Below, in pieces: positions 1-11,158 of a stretch of 64,000 nucleotides of DNA. Source of the DNA: Octopus sinensis (Eukaryota); the NCBI RefSeq assembly GCF_006345805.1, contig NC_042998.1, positions 89,094,001-89,158,000 of the forward strand, given 5' to 3'. Position 1 is the stretch's first letter. Every line of letters starts with the position of its first letter. The position numbers were made by a program, and so were the translations under genes. Under the pieces are notes generated by a model. It had not been told where the DNA came from, searched no databases, and saw only the letters and a program-made list of their open reading frames with translations.

Positions 1-126
1 AGCCCAGTACTTATTCTATCGGTCTCTTTTGCCGAACAGCTAGGTGACGGGGACGTAAACACACCAGCATTGGTTGTCAAGCAATGCTAGGGGGACAAAC
101 ACAGACACACAGACATACACACACAT

Positions 127-161
<35 letters not shown>

Positions 162-330
162 TATATACGACAGGCTTCTTTCAGTTTCCGTCTACCAAAT
201 CCACTCACAAGGCATTGGTCGGCCCGGGGCTATAGGAGAAGATATTTGCCCAAGATGCCACGCAGTGGGACAGAACCCGGAACCATGTGGTTGGTAAGCA
301 AGCTACTTACCACACAGCTACTCCTGCGCC
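1..330 (-). mobile_element. tRNA-derived SINE, family A (CORE-like), 3' end runs off window
   Basis: Reverse complement of the copy at 61209-61604: head GGCGCAGGAGTAGCTGTGTGGTAAG with A box and GGTTC-type B box, CTTGGGCAA CORE-like motif, internal (TA)n/(TG)n. Confidence 0.9.
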
Positions 331-399
331 TATATGCATATCTTTAATGACTCTTTTTTCATGCATTTCATTTGTAAAGTGTATAAAAGCAGAAAAATA

Positions 400-1010
400 T
401 CCTGTAACATTTTTTGATGAGACGAAGCTTTTCTAAATTTGGACAACGCACCCGTTGACTCAGGAGGTCATCCGCTTCTTAGTAATGATAGTAAAATAAA
501 GTACAGTTTTTTTGTTACCCAATGTTAATTCCGCAATCCTCCAGTTGAGAAAGGTAAAAGTTTAACAGTATTCTGCCAGAGAATGTGACAATATGTTTGG
601 ATTGTTGATAGAAGAGGACAAAAGTACTAAGGATATATGAGGACAAAGAGCTCTCGGTAACAACCAGAACTGTAGAACCCTAACTCTGCAATATTCAATA
701 TAGTAGATACATGCGAACCAAAAGCTTATAAAGATCCTCCGTACAATGTTGTAGTAGATTACGATTTTGAAGTATTCAATGCAAAAGATTTTCCTGGCAA
801 TGTTAAGAGGTGCTGCGAAACACGACACAGAAGACCACCAGAATTTGACCAGACTGCACAAAGATTTACTCTGAATACCAAGCATTAATAGAAGAAATAA
901 TGGATGAAGTTCTTGTTGGTGACGACAGAGACAGTAAGGATGACAAAGACGACGAAACATTATTCAAGAAATCCAAACTCTGTTATTCGAGAATCCTTTG
1001 ATAACCTCAA
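400..1010 (+). pseudogene. possible highly degraded DDE transposase fragment (Sola-like?)
   Basis: Interrupted + frames give ...YSARECDNMFGLL... and ...AYKDPPYNVVVDYDF..., loosely resembling Sola-type C-terminal motifs. Many stops and frameshifts; family call is weak. Confidence 0.2.
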
Positions 1011-1262
1011 TTTTTACATTAACTTGTCAACTGAAAACTGACGTTCAACAATATTATTTACGACTTAGAGTCTTAAGGGAACTCATTATCCGAATGCAGC
1101 ATCAGCAAATTAAACAACTGAAACTTAACTCTTATGAAGCCAGTTCATCGCAATCCTGATGCATTAGTTAAACCTTCTGGTGGTGATGATGAACTGCTTG
1201 CTATCTACTCAGCCTCCTCCTCAGTCGCCTCTCCAAGCGAGAGCATCATGACTCAATTAAGT

Positions 1263-1472
1263 AATAATCCTTTCTTCTATAGGCACTAGGCCTGAAATTT
1301 GGGGCTGGGGACTAGTCGATTACATCGATCCTAGCGTTTCACTGGTACTTAATTTATCGACCCCGAAAGGATGAAAGACAAAGTCGACCTTGACGGAGTT
1401 TGAACTCAGAACGTAACAGTAGACGAAATGCCGCTAAGCATTTCGCCCGGCCTGCTAACGATTCTCGCCGCC
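1263..1472 (-). mobile_element. tRNA-derived SINE, family B (MetaSINE-like central domain), tail type 2
   Basis: Minus strand contains GAGTTCAAA B box, GACTTTGTCTTTCATCCTTTCGGGGTCGATAAATTAAGTACCAG central domain and ...GTGCCTATAGAAGAAAGGATTATT tail. Confidence 0.9.
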
Positions 1473-4085
1473 TTTCTACTAAATAATAACGACGAGTTAT
1501 CACTTCTACCTCTATCCTAGTCTCTACCATTTGAAGCTCATCCACTCTATGTATATGAAATTAACAACTTACCGTATTTACGTTTTATTTTATATACTGT
1601 AATAACGATTAGTCTTTTTAGATATATATATTTGCAAACTTTATACATTCATAAAATGTTTACAGTATTTTCTGTAATTAGTTTACTACTTGAATTCATA
1701 TTCAGCGTCTAGTGGATATTTTTCCAATATCGTTCATGTATACAATAAATGGTTAACTCGAATAATTGGCTAAAACGAGCACCTTTCTTGTCTCTTAGTA
1801 ATTTGTTTATTAGTAAAGTTTAATGAGGTTAATTTTGATTAGTTTACCACTGTAATATTCAGTTCTACAAGGTAGAGAATATCGGAAAGACCTAATTGGT
1901 TTTGAGATTTATTGCTGGTAGAATCTGTATGTTTAGGTATAACACTGGTTGTATTTGTAAATTTAAATACATGCACACGAATATTCATACATTTTCCCAT
2001 CTACTGTTTTGTAATCCCTGTTATCGTTTGTGCATTATGTCGTTAAAACTGAAACGCTAATATCCACCATGCGTCCAAATTTCTTTCCATAATACTTTAC
2101 ATACTGTCAACGAATTGCAGCACTACTAAATTAGTATCGTTGCTATATTATTTTTCTCCACCCAGATTCTTACATTACATAGATATATGCAACTTCTTTT
2201 AATCATTTAGAATAAACATTTTTTTAACTAGAAATATGTGAGTTTAAACCGTAATTATCATTTAATTATATTTTGATTTCTTATTCTATGAAATGAATAT
2301 TATTCATTTATTTATTTACTTGCTTAAAAGCCTCACTCCGCGCGGACTTTTAAGCTAGCTCCCGCGGAGGGCTAAATGAGCCTGCGGCCTAAAACAAACA
2401 ACTAATAGCACCACTATAATACGACTATAATGTCTATATGCCCCGGTGGTGTTTCATCAGATGTTAAGAACGGATGAGGATTATTTCTGTAATGCAATGA
2501 TTCTTTTTCCAGTCACTAGTTGAATACCAACTGTTGGCCAGTTTGATCCAAAGTTCTTATCTCGACGTAAAATTAACAAAGCGAATTTTTTTTTATCTCT
2601 CCCTTTATCTTTGACGTCATCTGATAAACGCCAACCAAGATGGCGTGAATCAGCCAAGCTTTACCTGTTAGAAATAGCTACCTAAATGCTTTTAAATCAG
2701 ATCCCAATGCTGGATGTTCAAGAACCAAATGAAGGGCAGATTTCCAATCCCGGGGCCATCCTGATTCTAAAAAGGTATAATATGTCTATGTAGAGCAAAT
2801 GTAGATTACGATACAGGGGTTCCAGACAGACAGAATTTCGTGTTTATTAATATGTCTACAGTTACTTCGTATTCTGTATAATAGGTGCAAGTTGCTTTTC
2901 CTTCAGGCACCCATTGATTAAATGTATCTCTAACCGGAAAATAATAAGTTAGCGAACTGATTAATTCAATGGATCTATAGATGGTAAAGAATAAACTACT
3001 AACAGTAACTATTGGTGTGTCTTTAAAAGCAATATCAAATGCTGATCTTCTTTAGAAAACTGCAAGACGATTGTAACCATTAATACTAATGATAGCTCGG
3101 CACAAGTTGATAGCAAAAGCTCATAACAAATATTTAAAGACACTGTTTCTTTATAGACACAGAGTCTTTGTAGCACGCCGCCTGTAACATAACGCTGACC
3201 TCTTTTCAAGATAGATTTTTAAAAATTCCTCCAACACAAAAACAATCATTTAAAATCTGATTAATGCAAATCACAAGAAGTTGGCATTAGTCACAATTAT
3301 TGAAATTCCTGAGTTCTGCCCTCCCCGCTTTTTTATTACATTTATGCGTTAGATTTCCCATTCATAAAAGAAACAGTTTAACAGTTGAGGGACTTGGATA
3401 ATCGTTGATTAATAGCAAAGCAAATGGCTTAATTAGATACAATGATATAATGTTATTTTTCTATGATCAGTAAACTTACAATAAAATAAGATTTATAAAA
3501 ATGTGGGACAACTTGCTTGTATTACCTCTATACTACTACGAAAGGCATAAGCTAGCAGCTGTAAATATTGCCTACCGGTGGATCTTTTTAACAGCCTGAA
3601 GAACTGGGCTACTGAAAATATCAAAATATCACGGCCACAATAATAAGTTTCCAGAAATGAAATATTTTTTACAAGAATGTTTCTTTAAATCAGAGCTTCC
3701 AATAGAATCAAAGAGGACAAATATATTAATTGTAGGTTAAGAGAAAGATTATTTGAAAAATTATAGGTTTTAGGAAAGTGATAGAACGGTATGTAGTTTT
3801 GCAATTAATTTCAAGTTGGTCTAATTAGTTATTAAGGAATGTTCACTTATGGCCATATCTCTGTAACACTTCTGGTAATTAACGATATATAAGTTATACA
3901 TGAGAAATTGTGCTAGAGTGTGTGATGTATGTGTATGTGTTTGCGTGTGTGTGTGTATGTGTGTATGTGTGTGCACGTGTATCTGCATGTGTGTGCGTGC
4001 GTGCGAATGAAGGTGTATCAGGGCATACATGCTGACACGCTTGTATGTTTTTGTCCACTTGACGCCAAAGTGAACGAGCAATCGA

Positions 4086-4087
<2 letters not shown>

Positions 4088-4119
<32 letters not shown>

Positions 4120-4180
4120 GAGAGAGAAAGAAAGAAAGAGAAAATGAGAGAGAGAGAGAGAGAGGGAGAAAGAGAGAAAA
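4088..4180. repeat. (GA)n microsatellite preceded by degenerate (TG)n
   Basis: Direct inspection. Confidence 0.9.
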
Positions 4181-4674
4181 TGAGGGAGTGATGGGTTGAA
4201 GATGGCATTGGCAGACAGTGATGAGGACCAGATTTTTATCATTACTTTGATGTAACTAATGTAACAAATAATTAACAGAGGCGGGAAAGGGATATACGAC
4301 TGGATTTATTAGGTCTGCTTCACCGCTTTTTATCGTACGAGATAGTTTTAATTTCATTTTTTATGCTATTCATCACACGATAATTCATATTATAAGGAAC
4401 ATTTACAAAAGTTGCAGAAACCATTGTTAACACAAATATAAGACCATTTAGTTATTTTCATTAGTACTTTCTTTTTTTTAATTAAAGATTAAATTAAAAT
4501 CTAAACTTTTAAATTTCTAAGACAATCGAAGCATGTGAATTGTTTAGCAAAACAATAATCTACCAAATTTTCGATTTAATGTTAAATTATGGATGGGTAT
4601 AATTATTTTGATATGAGTTTTACATTGAAAGGGTTAAATTTAATGACATTGATGGTTAAATTTAATGACATAAA

Positions 4675-4878
4675 GGCGACGAAATGGCAAAATAGTTAGA
4701 ACGCCGGTCAATATGCTCAACGATAATTCGTCGGTCTTTACATTCTGAATTCAAATTCCGCCGAGATCAACTTTGTTTTTCGGGGTCGATAACATATGTA
4801 TCAGTTGAGCACTGGAGTCGATGCAATCGACTAGCCCCATCATCAAAGATTGCAGGCTTTGTGCGTATATAAGAAAAA
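4675..4878 (+). mobile_element. SINE family B, diverged
   Basis: GGCGACGAAATGGCA head, AATTCAAATTCCGCCGAG, GGGGTCGATAA, ACTGGAGTCGATGCAATCGACT. Confidence 0.8.
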
Positions 4879-4961
4879 TTTGAGTTTAGCAACATTTCGA
4901 CTTTTACGACACAGTTTCTAGCTGACAATGCCAGATTATATTATCTTTTCTTTTATCTCCA

Positions 4962-5154
4962 TTTATTTGTTTCAGTCATGGGACTGTAGCCATGCTGGGG
5001 CACCGCCTTGATAGGTTTAGTCGAACAGATCGACCCCTGTACTTATTGTTTTTCTAAACCTGAAACTTATTGTGTAATGGGGAATAAATACAAAGACAAA
5101 ATACACACACACACACACATACACACGCCACACACACACACACACATAAACACG

Positions 5155-5210
<56 letters not shown>

Positions 5211-5299
5211 TATATATGACGGGCTTCTTTTAGTTTCTGTCTAGCATGGATTCGGTCAGCCCTAGAATATAGGGAAAGACATTTGCTTAAGATGCCGCG
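4962..5299 (-). mobile_element. SINE family A, diverged, with internal (CA)n
   Basis: Matches family A 3' module (TTTCAGTCAT...GCCATGCTGGGGCACCGCCTT) and GGGCTTCTTT segment. Confidence 0.75.
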
Positions 5300-5430
5300 A
5301 AAAAGGCTTTTCTAATAGCTCCATCTTTGTTCTAAGTGTTGTACTCATGTTTTTAACTAGAGACAAGGTGCTACGTCTAGGAAACTTTAACTTTATATGA
5401 ATATATGTTTATTTTAATATATAAGTGTGT

Positions 5431-5528
<98 letters not shown>

Positions 5529-5579
5529 GAGCGGTATTGGTATCCAGAAGATCCAAGGTGGCGGGTAACTATGTCACAT

Positions 5580-5629
5580 AGTCTCTGATGAAGGGATATT
5601 CCTAATATCTCAGAAACAGCTGTAAGACT
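5580..5629 (+). ncRNA. minimal type-I hammerhead ribozyme motif
   Basis: AGUCU-CUGAUGA-A-GGGAUAUU/CCU/AAUAUCUC-A-GAA-ACAGCUGU-A-AGACU. Stem I 5 bp (5580-84/5625-29), stem II 8 bp, palindromic stem III ACAGCUGU, predicted cleavage 3' of GUA at 5624. Confidence 0.8.
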
Positions 5630-6060
5630 AACGTTCTCTTTATAAATGTCCTGAAAACTCCACACAGCCTTGGCTTTGTTGTCTCATTTTCTTTAACACA
5701 CACGTGTATATTGCAATATTTTCTTGTCTTATCGTTTGAATTACTCTTATCCGATACATACGTCCATACATGCACACATACATATCTACACTCACACACA
5801 TACATATATGTGTGTGTATACACACACACACATGTATACACACACACACATATATATATACATGTACGTTCATATATATATATATACATGTACAAATGTG
5901 TGCATGTATATACACATGCATACATTATAATGCAAGTGATAAGATAAAAATAAACGAGCGTTTGAAAATGCGATGAAATGAATGCGTTTACTTTTCCGTT
6001 GTTCTGTTAAACGCTTGAATTATATAGAATGGAATTCTCATTGATAGAAAGCGGGAAAGA

Positions 6061-6210
6061 TTGTTTTCTACTCCAAGCACAAGGCCCGACATTTTTAGGG
6101 AGGGGGCCAGTCGATTAGATTGACCTCAGTACGCAACTAGTACTTAATTTATCGACCCCGAAACGATGAAGGCAAAGTCGACCTTGGCGGAATTTGAATT
6201 CAGAACGTAA
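6061..6210 (-). mobile_element. SINE family B, 5'-truncated
   Basis: TTTATCGACCCCGAAACGATGAAGGCAAAGTCGACC central domain on + strand. Confidence 0.85.
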
Positions 6211-6602
6211 AAAAAAGCGGGAAAGATTGCGAAATAAAGAAAAGCAATAGCAAACGTGAAAAGGAACGGAGTAGACGAGAAAAAAAGAAAAAGGAAATTA
6301 GAGCAAAGCGTTTTGTGAGAAAATAGAGATACACATTACACATGCACAAAGAAAACAACACACATACACACATATTAGACACATGCAAACACACTTGAGC
6401 GGTAAACACATGTAGAAATATGTATATATGTATATGTATGTGTGTTTGTGAACACAAAAATACATACATAAAGATACACTCACACACACACAAATATATA
6501 TATCATGTATGCATATACTCTCTAACATATGAATGTATATATGCATATATTTGTACATTCGTATCCACGCAGACGTGTAGACATGCATAACTAAGGAAAG
6601 AA

Positions 6603-6650
<48 letters not shown>

Positions 6651-6973
6651 CACACATACACGTACGCACGCACAAAAGGCATGTTGATATAAAACGACAC
6701 ACAACCAAAACCACTTTAATAACGCTTTCAGTAATTTTGTATTCGGCTGAGAAATTTGAGCCAATTGCCATTATACTCCTAAAACAAACTGTGAAAACTG
6801 GTATGTCCCATTATTCTCAGGCTGGTATGGCGAATAGTGAAGACTTCGTCTTCGTGTAATATATCTAAGGCAAATCATATGAAGCTATGTCTCCCATGCT
6901 AAGTTTTAGCTCAGTTTTAGTGCAAGTGAACGAAATGCACAAGTTATACATTGATTTTGTACATTTTTTAATG

Positions 6974-7016
<43 letters not shown>

Positions 7017-7480
7017 CCATATTTATAATTTTTTTAATAATTAAACGAAGTGTAGAGAGTTAAGTGTTTTTGCTATGGCCACAATATACCGGCTGTAATA
7101 GTTTTCCGATTCGACTAGTAAACCGATTTCGTACATACTCAACTATCTGCAAGTCTCTGTAACAAATATGCCATACACATTTCTAATGGTTGTACAAAGT
7201 AGATTAAAGCAAAACAATAATGTTTTATGCTTATTTTATAGACCAGAACTGCAACAGGATATTTATCCCAGACTTATGTGTAGTAAAAACAGATAAGTAT
7301 TTGTTGTTTTATTCTCTTCATTTTCTGCAAATAAAAAGTACGAGCGCTTTACATTAGAGGTAAGTACTTGATTAGCATAGCTTTTAAGATACTGTAGACG
7401 TGTATTGCAACACTACTTTATGAACTATGTCAAGTCAACATACATTATAACAACTATATATATATATATATATACAATAT

Positions 7481-7683
7481 AATCTTTTCTAGAGCCCAAA
7501 ATTTTCGGGGAGGGACCAGTCGATTAGATCAATCCCAGTATGCAACTGGTACATAATTTATCGACCCCGAAAGGATGAAAGGCAAAGTTGACCTCGGCGG
7601 AATTGGAACTCAGAACATAAAGACAGACGAAATACCACTAAGCATTTCGCCCGGCGTGCTAACGTTTCTGCCAGCACACCGCC
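7481..7683 (-). mobile_element. SINE family B
   Basis: Near-consensus head and central domain. Confidence 0.9.
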
Positions 7684-7792
7684 TTGCAATATACAATCTA
7701 TCATATACACTATAATACAATATACCCGATGGAAATACTGCATATACACTACCATATATATTATACACTATGATACTTTAATCACTATGACA

Positions 7793-8011
7793 ATAATCCT
7801 TTCTACTATCGGCTCAAAACCCAAAATTATGTGGGAGGGGTTTAGTCGATTACATCGACCCCAGTCCTCAACAGGTACTTATCTTATAGATCCCGAAAAC
7901 ATGAAATGCAAAGTCGATCTCGGCGGAATTTGAAAGCAGAAAGTAAAGAGCCAGACGTAATGCCATTAAGTATTTTCTTCGGCGTGCGAGTGATTCTGCT
8001 GGCTCGTCGCC
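7793..8011 (-). mobile_element. SINE family B
   Basis: Head, central domain and type-2 tail present, diverged. Confidence 0.85.
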
Positions 8012-8191
8012 TTACACCAGCGTTTCTCAACCGGGGTTCCGCAAAAGGTTCCTAGGGATTCCACGAGAAAGAGTGAGATAAGCTTACGCTAATTTCATGA
8101 TTGTAATATTACTAAACATGCACAACATATTATTGGTTATTGTAATATAGACATCATCCTATCTAACCTATTATGTTATCAAAAAGTATAA

Positions 8192-8230
<39 letters not shown>

Positions 8231-8316
8231 AATCCAAAAGGGAAACAAAAAAACAACAACAACAGGAACAATTACAGTATTATTATTAAAAGGCGCTCAG
8301 GAGATGGAAGCGGGGA

Positions 8317-8352
8317 GGTATGACGTTTCGAGCGGAGCTCTTCGTCGGAAAC
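8317..8352 (-). ncRNA. minimal hammerhead-like motif (U4C core variant) in Penelope-like terminal repeat
   Basis: Minus strand GUUU-CCGACGA-A-GAGC/UCC/GCUC-GAA-ACGU-C-AUAC. Palindromic ACGU stem III, GUC cleavage triplet. Surrounding 8228-8450 is homologous to 61628-61830. Confidence 0.6.
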
Positions 8353-9059
8353 ATAAAGAAGGAAGAGAGAGGAAAGAAAGATCCCAGAGCGGGCAACAGG
8401 GAAAGAGAAAAAAGACGACTGGTGTTTACGAGTTGCACATGGTGAAAGGCGGATGTTGACGATAACAAGAGCAAAGTGGGTTTTTAAAGGCTAAAGAGTG
8501 GAGACAAGGTTGGTAACCCAACAGATGTGTGTGTATGTGTGAGTGTGTGCGTGTGCGTGTGTGTATGTGTGTGTGTGAGGCGAGATGAAAAAACAAAAAA
8601 AATATGTGTGTGTTAGTGTGTGCGTCTGTGTGTAGGCGTGTGAGGTAGGGCGAGACTAGTTGGTCAGCTAGCAGACGAGGTCAGTAGTAAGAAAAAGAAG
8701 GAAGGAGGAAGGGAGGGAGGGGAAGGGGTGGGGGCGTATGTAGCGTGCCAGCGTGTGTTGAGTAGTAGTGTGTGTGTGTGTCCAGTGTCGTGGTGGTATT
8801 AATAGCGAGTAGATTGAATGTGTGTAAGAGTGATGTATATATATAGGCAAGGTGTGTATATGTGTGCGCGTGTGTGTAACGAAAAAGGGGGGGGGGTTAA
8901 GGAAAAAGGACTCCAGCTGAGGGGAAGATGGAAGAGTGGTACCGCGGAGACAGGCGTGGGAAAACCCAACGACACGCGACGGTCCCAGGAACGGGCGGGA
9001 GGTCTCGTCAGGTCCAAGGGCGAGGTGTATGCGGCGCGTATGCAGCGCGAGCCGGCGCA

Positions 9060-9209
9060 AGTGCGTATGTGCGCGTGCCTGCGAGTATGCGCGTAAGTAT
9101 GTATGTGTGTGGATGTGTGAGTGTGTCTGTGTGTATGTCTGGGTGGCAGTGTGTCCGATGAATGTATGTGAGTATGTGTGTATGTATGTGTGTGCATAGA
9201 TGTATGTCC

Positions 9210-9240
<31 letters not shown>

Positions 9241-10330
9241 TGAGTGTGTATGTATGTACGTGTGGGTGTGGGGAAGTGTGTGTATGTGCATGTGTGTGCG
9301 CGTACATACAGGTGTGTGAGTGAGTGTGTGTGTGTGTATGTATGTGTGAGTGTGTATGTATGTGTGTGTCGGATGCATGTATGTGTATGGGTGTATGTAT
9401 GCGTGTGTGTGTATGTATGTATGTGTACGTGCGTGTGTGTGTGTGTATGCGTGTAGGTGTGCGCGTGTGCATGCATGCATGCATGTGCGTATGTGTGTGT
9501 GTGTGTGCATGTGTGTGGGTATATATGTATGTGCGTATATGTGTGTATGTGCGTACATGTGTGTGTGTGTGTATGCATGTGTGTGTATGTAGGTGTGTAG
9601 GCGTGTGTGTATAGGTGTATGTATGTAAGTATGTGTGGGTGTGTCCGTGTATGTGTGTGTATGTATGTGTGTGTATGTAGGTGTGTGGGCGTGTGTATAT
9701 GTGTGTGTATGTAGGTGTGTGGGCGTGTGTATATAGGTGTATGTGTGTATGTCTGGGTGTGTCCGTGCATGTTTGTGTGTGTGTGTGTATGCATGTGTAT
9801 GTGGGTGTGTGTGTACGTGTGTAATGTATGTGTGTATGCGTGTGTATGCGTGCGTGTGTGTATGTAGGTGCGTGTGTATGTGTGTGGGAGTGTAGGTGTG
9901 TGTGTGCGTGTGCGTGTTTATGTTGGTGTGTGCGTATGTGAGTGTGAGTGTATGGGTGTTTGTCATGCATGTGTGTGCGCGTGCAGGTGAGTGTGTGTGT
10001 AAGTATGTGTGTGTGAGTGTGTAAGTGTGTATGTCTTTGTGTATGTATGTGCGTATAGGAGTATGTGGGTATGTGTGTATGTATGTATATGGGTGTATGT
10101 ATGTATGTGTGTGTGTGTGCATGTGTATAAGTATATGTGTGTGTGCGTATGTGTGTATATGTGTATGTGTGTGTGTTTATGTATGTGTGTATGTATGTGT
10201 GTAGGCGTGTGTGTGTAGATGTATGTATGTATGGGTGTGTGTCCGTGTGTGTTTGTGTGTGTGTGTAGGTAGATGTGTGTGTCTGAGTGAGGGTATGGCT
10301 GTGTAGGTGTGTGTGTGTACACACACACAT
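9060..10330. repeat. long degenerate (TG)n/(TATG)n low-complexity tract
   Basis: Direct inspection; source of the 331-487 aa His/Thr ORFs. Confidence 0.95.
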
Positions 10331-10476
10331 GTGGTAACTATCATATATAAGTTGTTTGCAAAACATATTTACCACGTGAACTACGATGAAAAAATATGAG
10401 AAAGATATGGTGTATATTTTATGTGCAGGGGTTCCTTGAGATATGTAATTTATTTTAAGATTGAGAAACACTGTCT

Positions 10477-10585
10477 TACACTATAACAACAAAGGATATA
10501 CAACATTGATACACTATAGCAATAATGAATATACAATATTGGCACACTATAGTAATAATGGATATGCAATATTGATATACTATAC
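10477..10585. repeat. ~33-bp minisatellite, about 3 units
   Basis: Unit approx. TACACTATAGCAATAATGGATATACAATATTGA repeated with mismatches. Confidence 0.7.
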
Positions 10586-10954
10586 CCAATGCAATATATA
10601 ATATACACCACAATACAATATGCCACACAGCAGTAATGGATTTACAAGTAGGCTAAAGAAAACACAGGGTTGTTATACATTAAAGCGATGTACTTTCTGT
10701 CGGTGACGTGCATTACACCCTTTTGTGTTTTGTGAATATTACATTATCTACTCAAGGGAAACTAAATTTTCATCTCACCAGCACTTTTTATAGTACCAAT
10801 CGCACAAATATTTTTCTACTTTCACTTTAAAATCTCGGTGATATTGTAAATATGATTATTTTACACGAGTATAGATCATGCATATTTCTAAGAGTGAGCA
10901 ATAAAAAATTTGGATCTGACAAGAACATTGGAAATATGATTAATTTTTTTTTTA

Positions 10955-11158
10955 TATTATCGGCACAATGACTGAAATTTTGTGGGAGGGAATAGTGGAC
11001 TACATTGGCCCCTGTGCTTGGCTGGTACTTATATTATCGAACCCGAAATAGTGGAAGGCAAAGTCGACCTAGGCAGAATTCAAACTCAGAACGTAAAGAC
11101 GGACGAAATGACTCTAAACATTTTGTCCGGCGTGCTAACGATTCTGCCAGCTCACCGC
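10955..11158 (-). mobile_element. SINE family B
   Basis: GGCAAAGTCGACC...AATTCAAACTCAGAACGTAAAGACGGACGAAAT...GTGCTAACGATTCTGCCAGCTC. Confidence 0.85.

Larger units (their letters stand above)
8018..10473. mobile_element. hAT (Charlie-like) non-autonomous DNA transposon carrying a ~2.1-kb nested insertion
   Basis: TIRs CAGCGTTTCTCAA (8018-8030) and TTGAGAAACACTG (10461-10473); 8-bp TSD CCTTACAC (8010-8017) / TCTTACAC (10474-10481); subterminal GGGGTTCC motifs at both ends. Confidence 0.85.

Noticed and set aside
84-347. Recurrent peptides such as EPGTMWLVSKLL and [18 protein letters not shown] in many ORFs
   Set aside because: Chance translations of SINE A and B, not a gene family.
3593-3622. 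CUGAAGA...GAAA spacing
   Set aside because: No stem II or stem I pairing.
8668-10471. 331-487 aa His/Thr-rich ORFs
   Set aside because: Translations of a degenerate (CA)n tract, open in all three minus frames because the repeat lacks stops.
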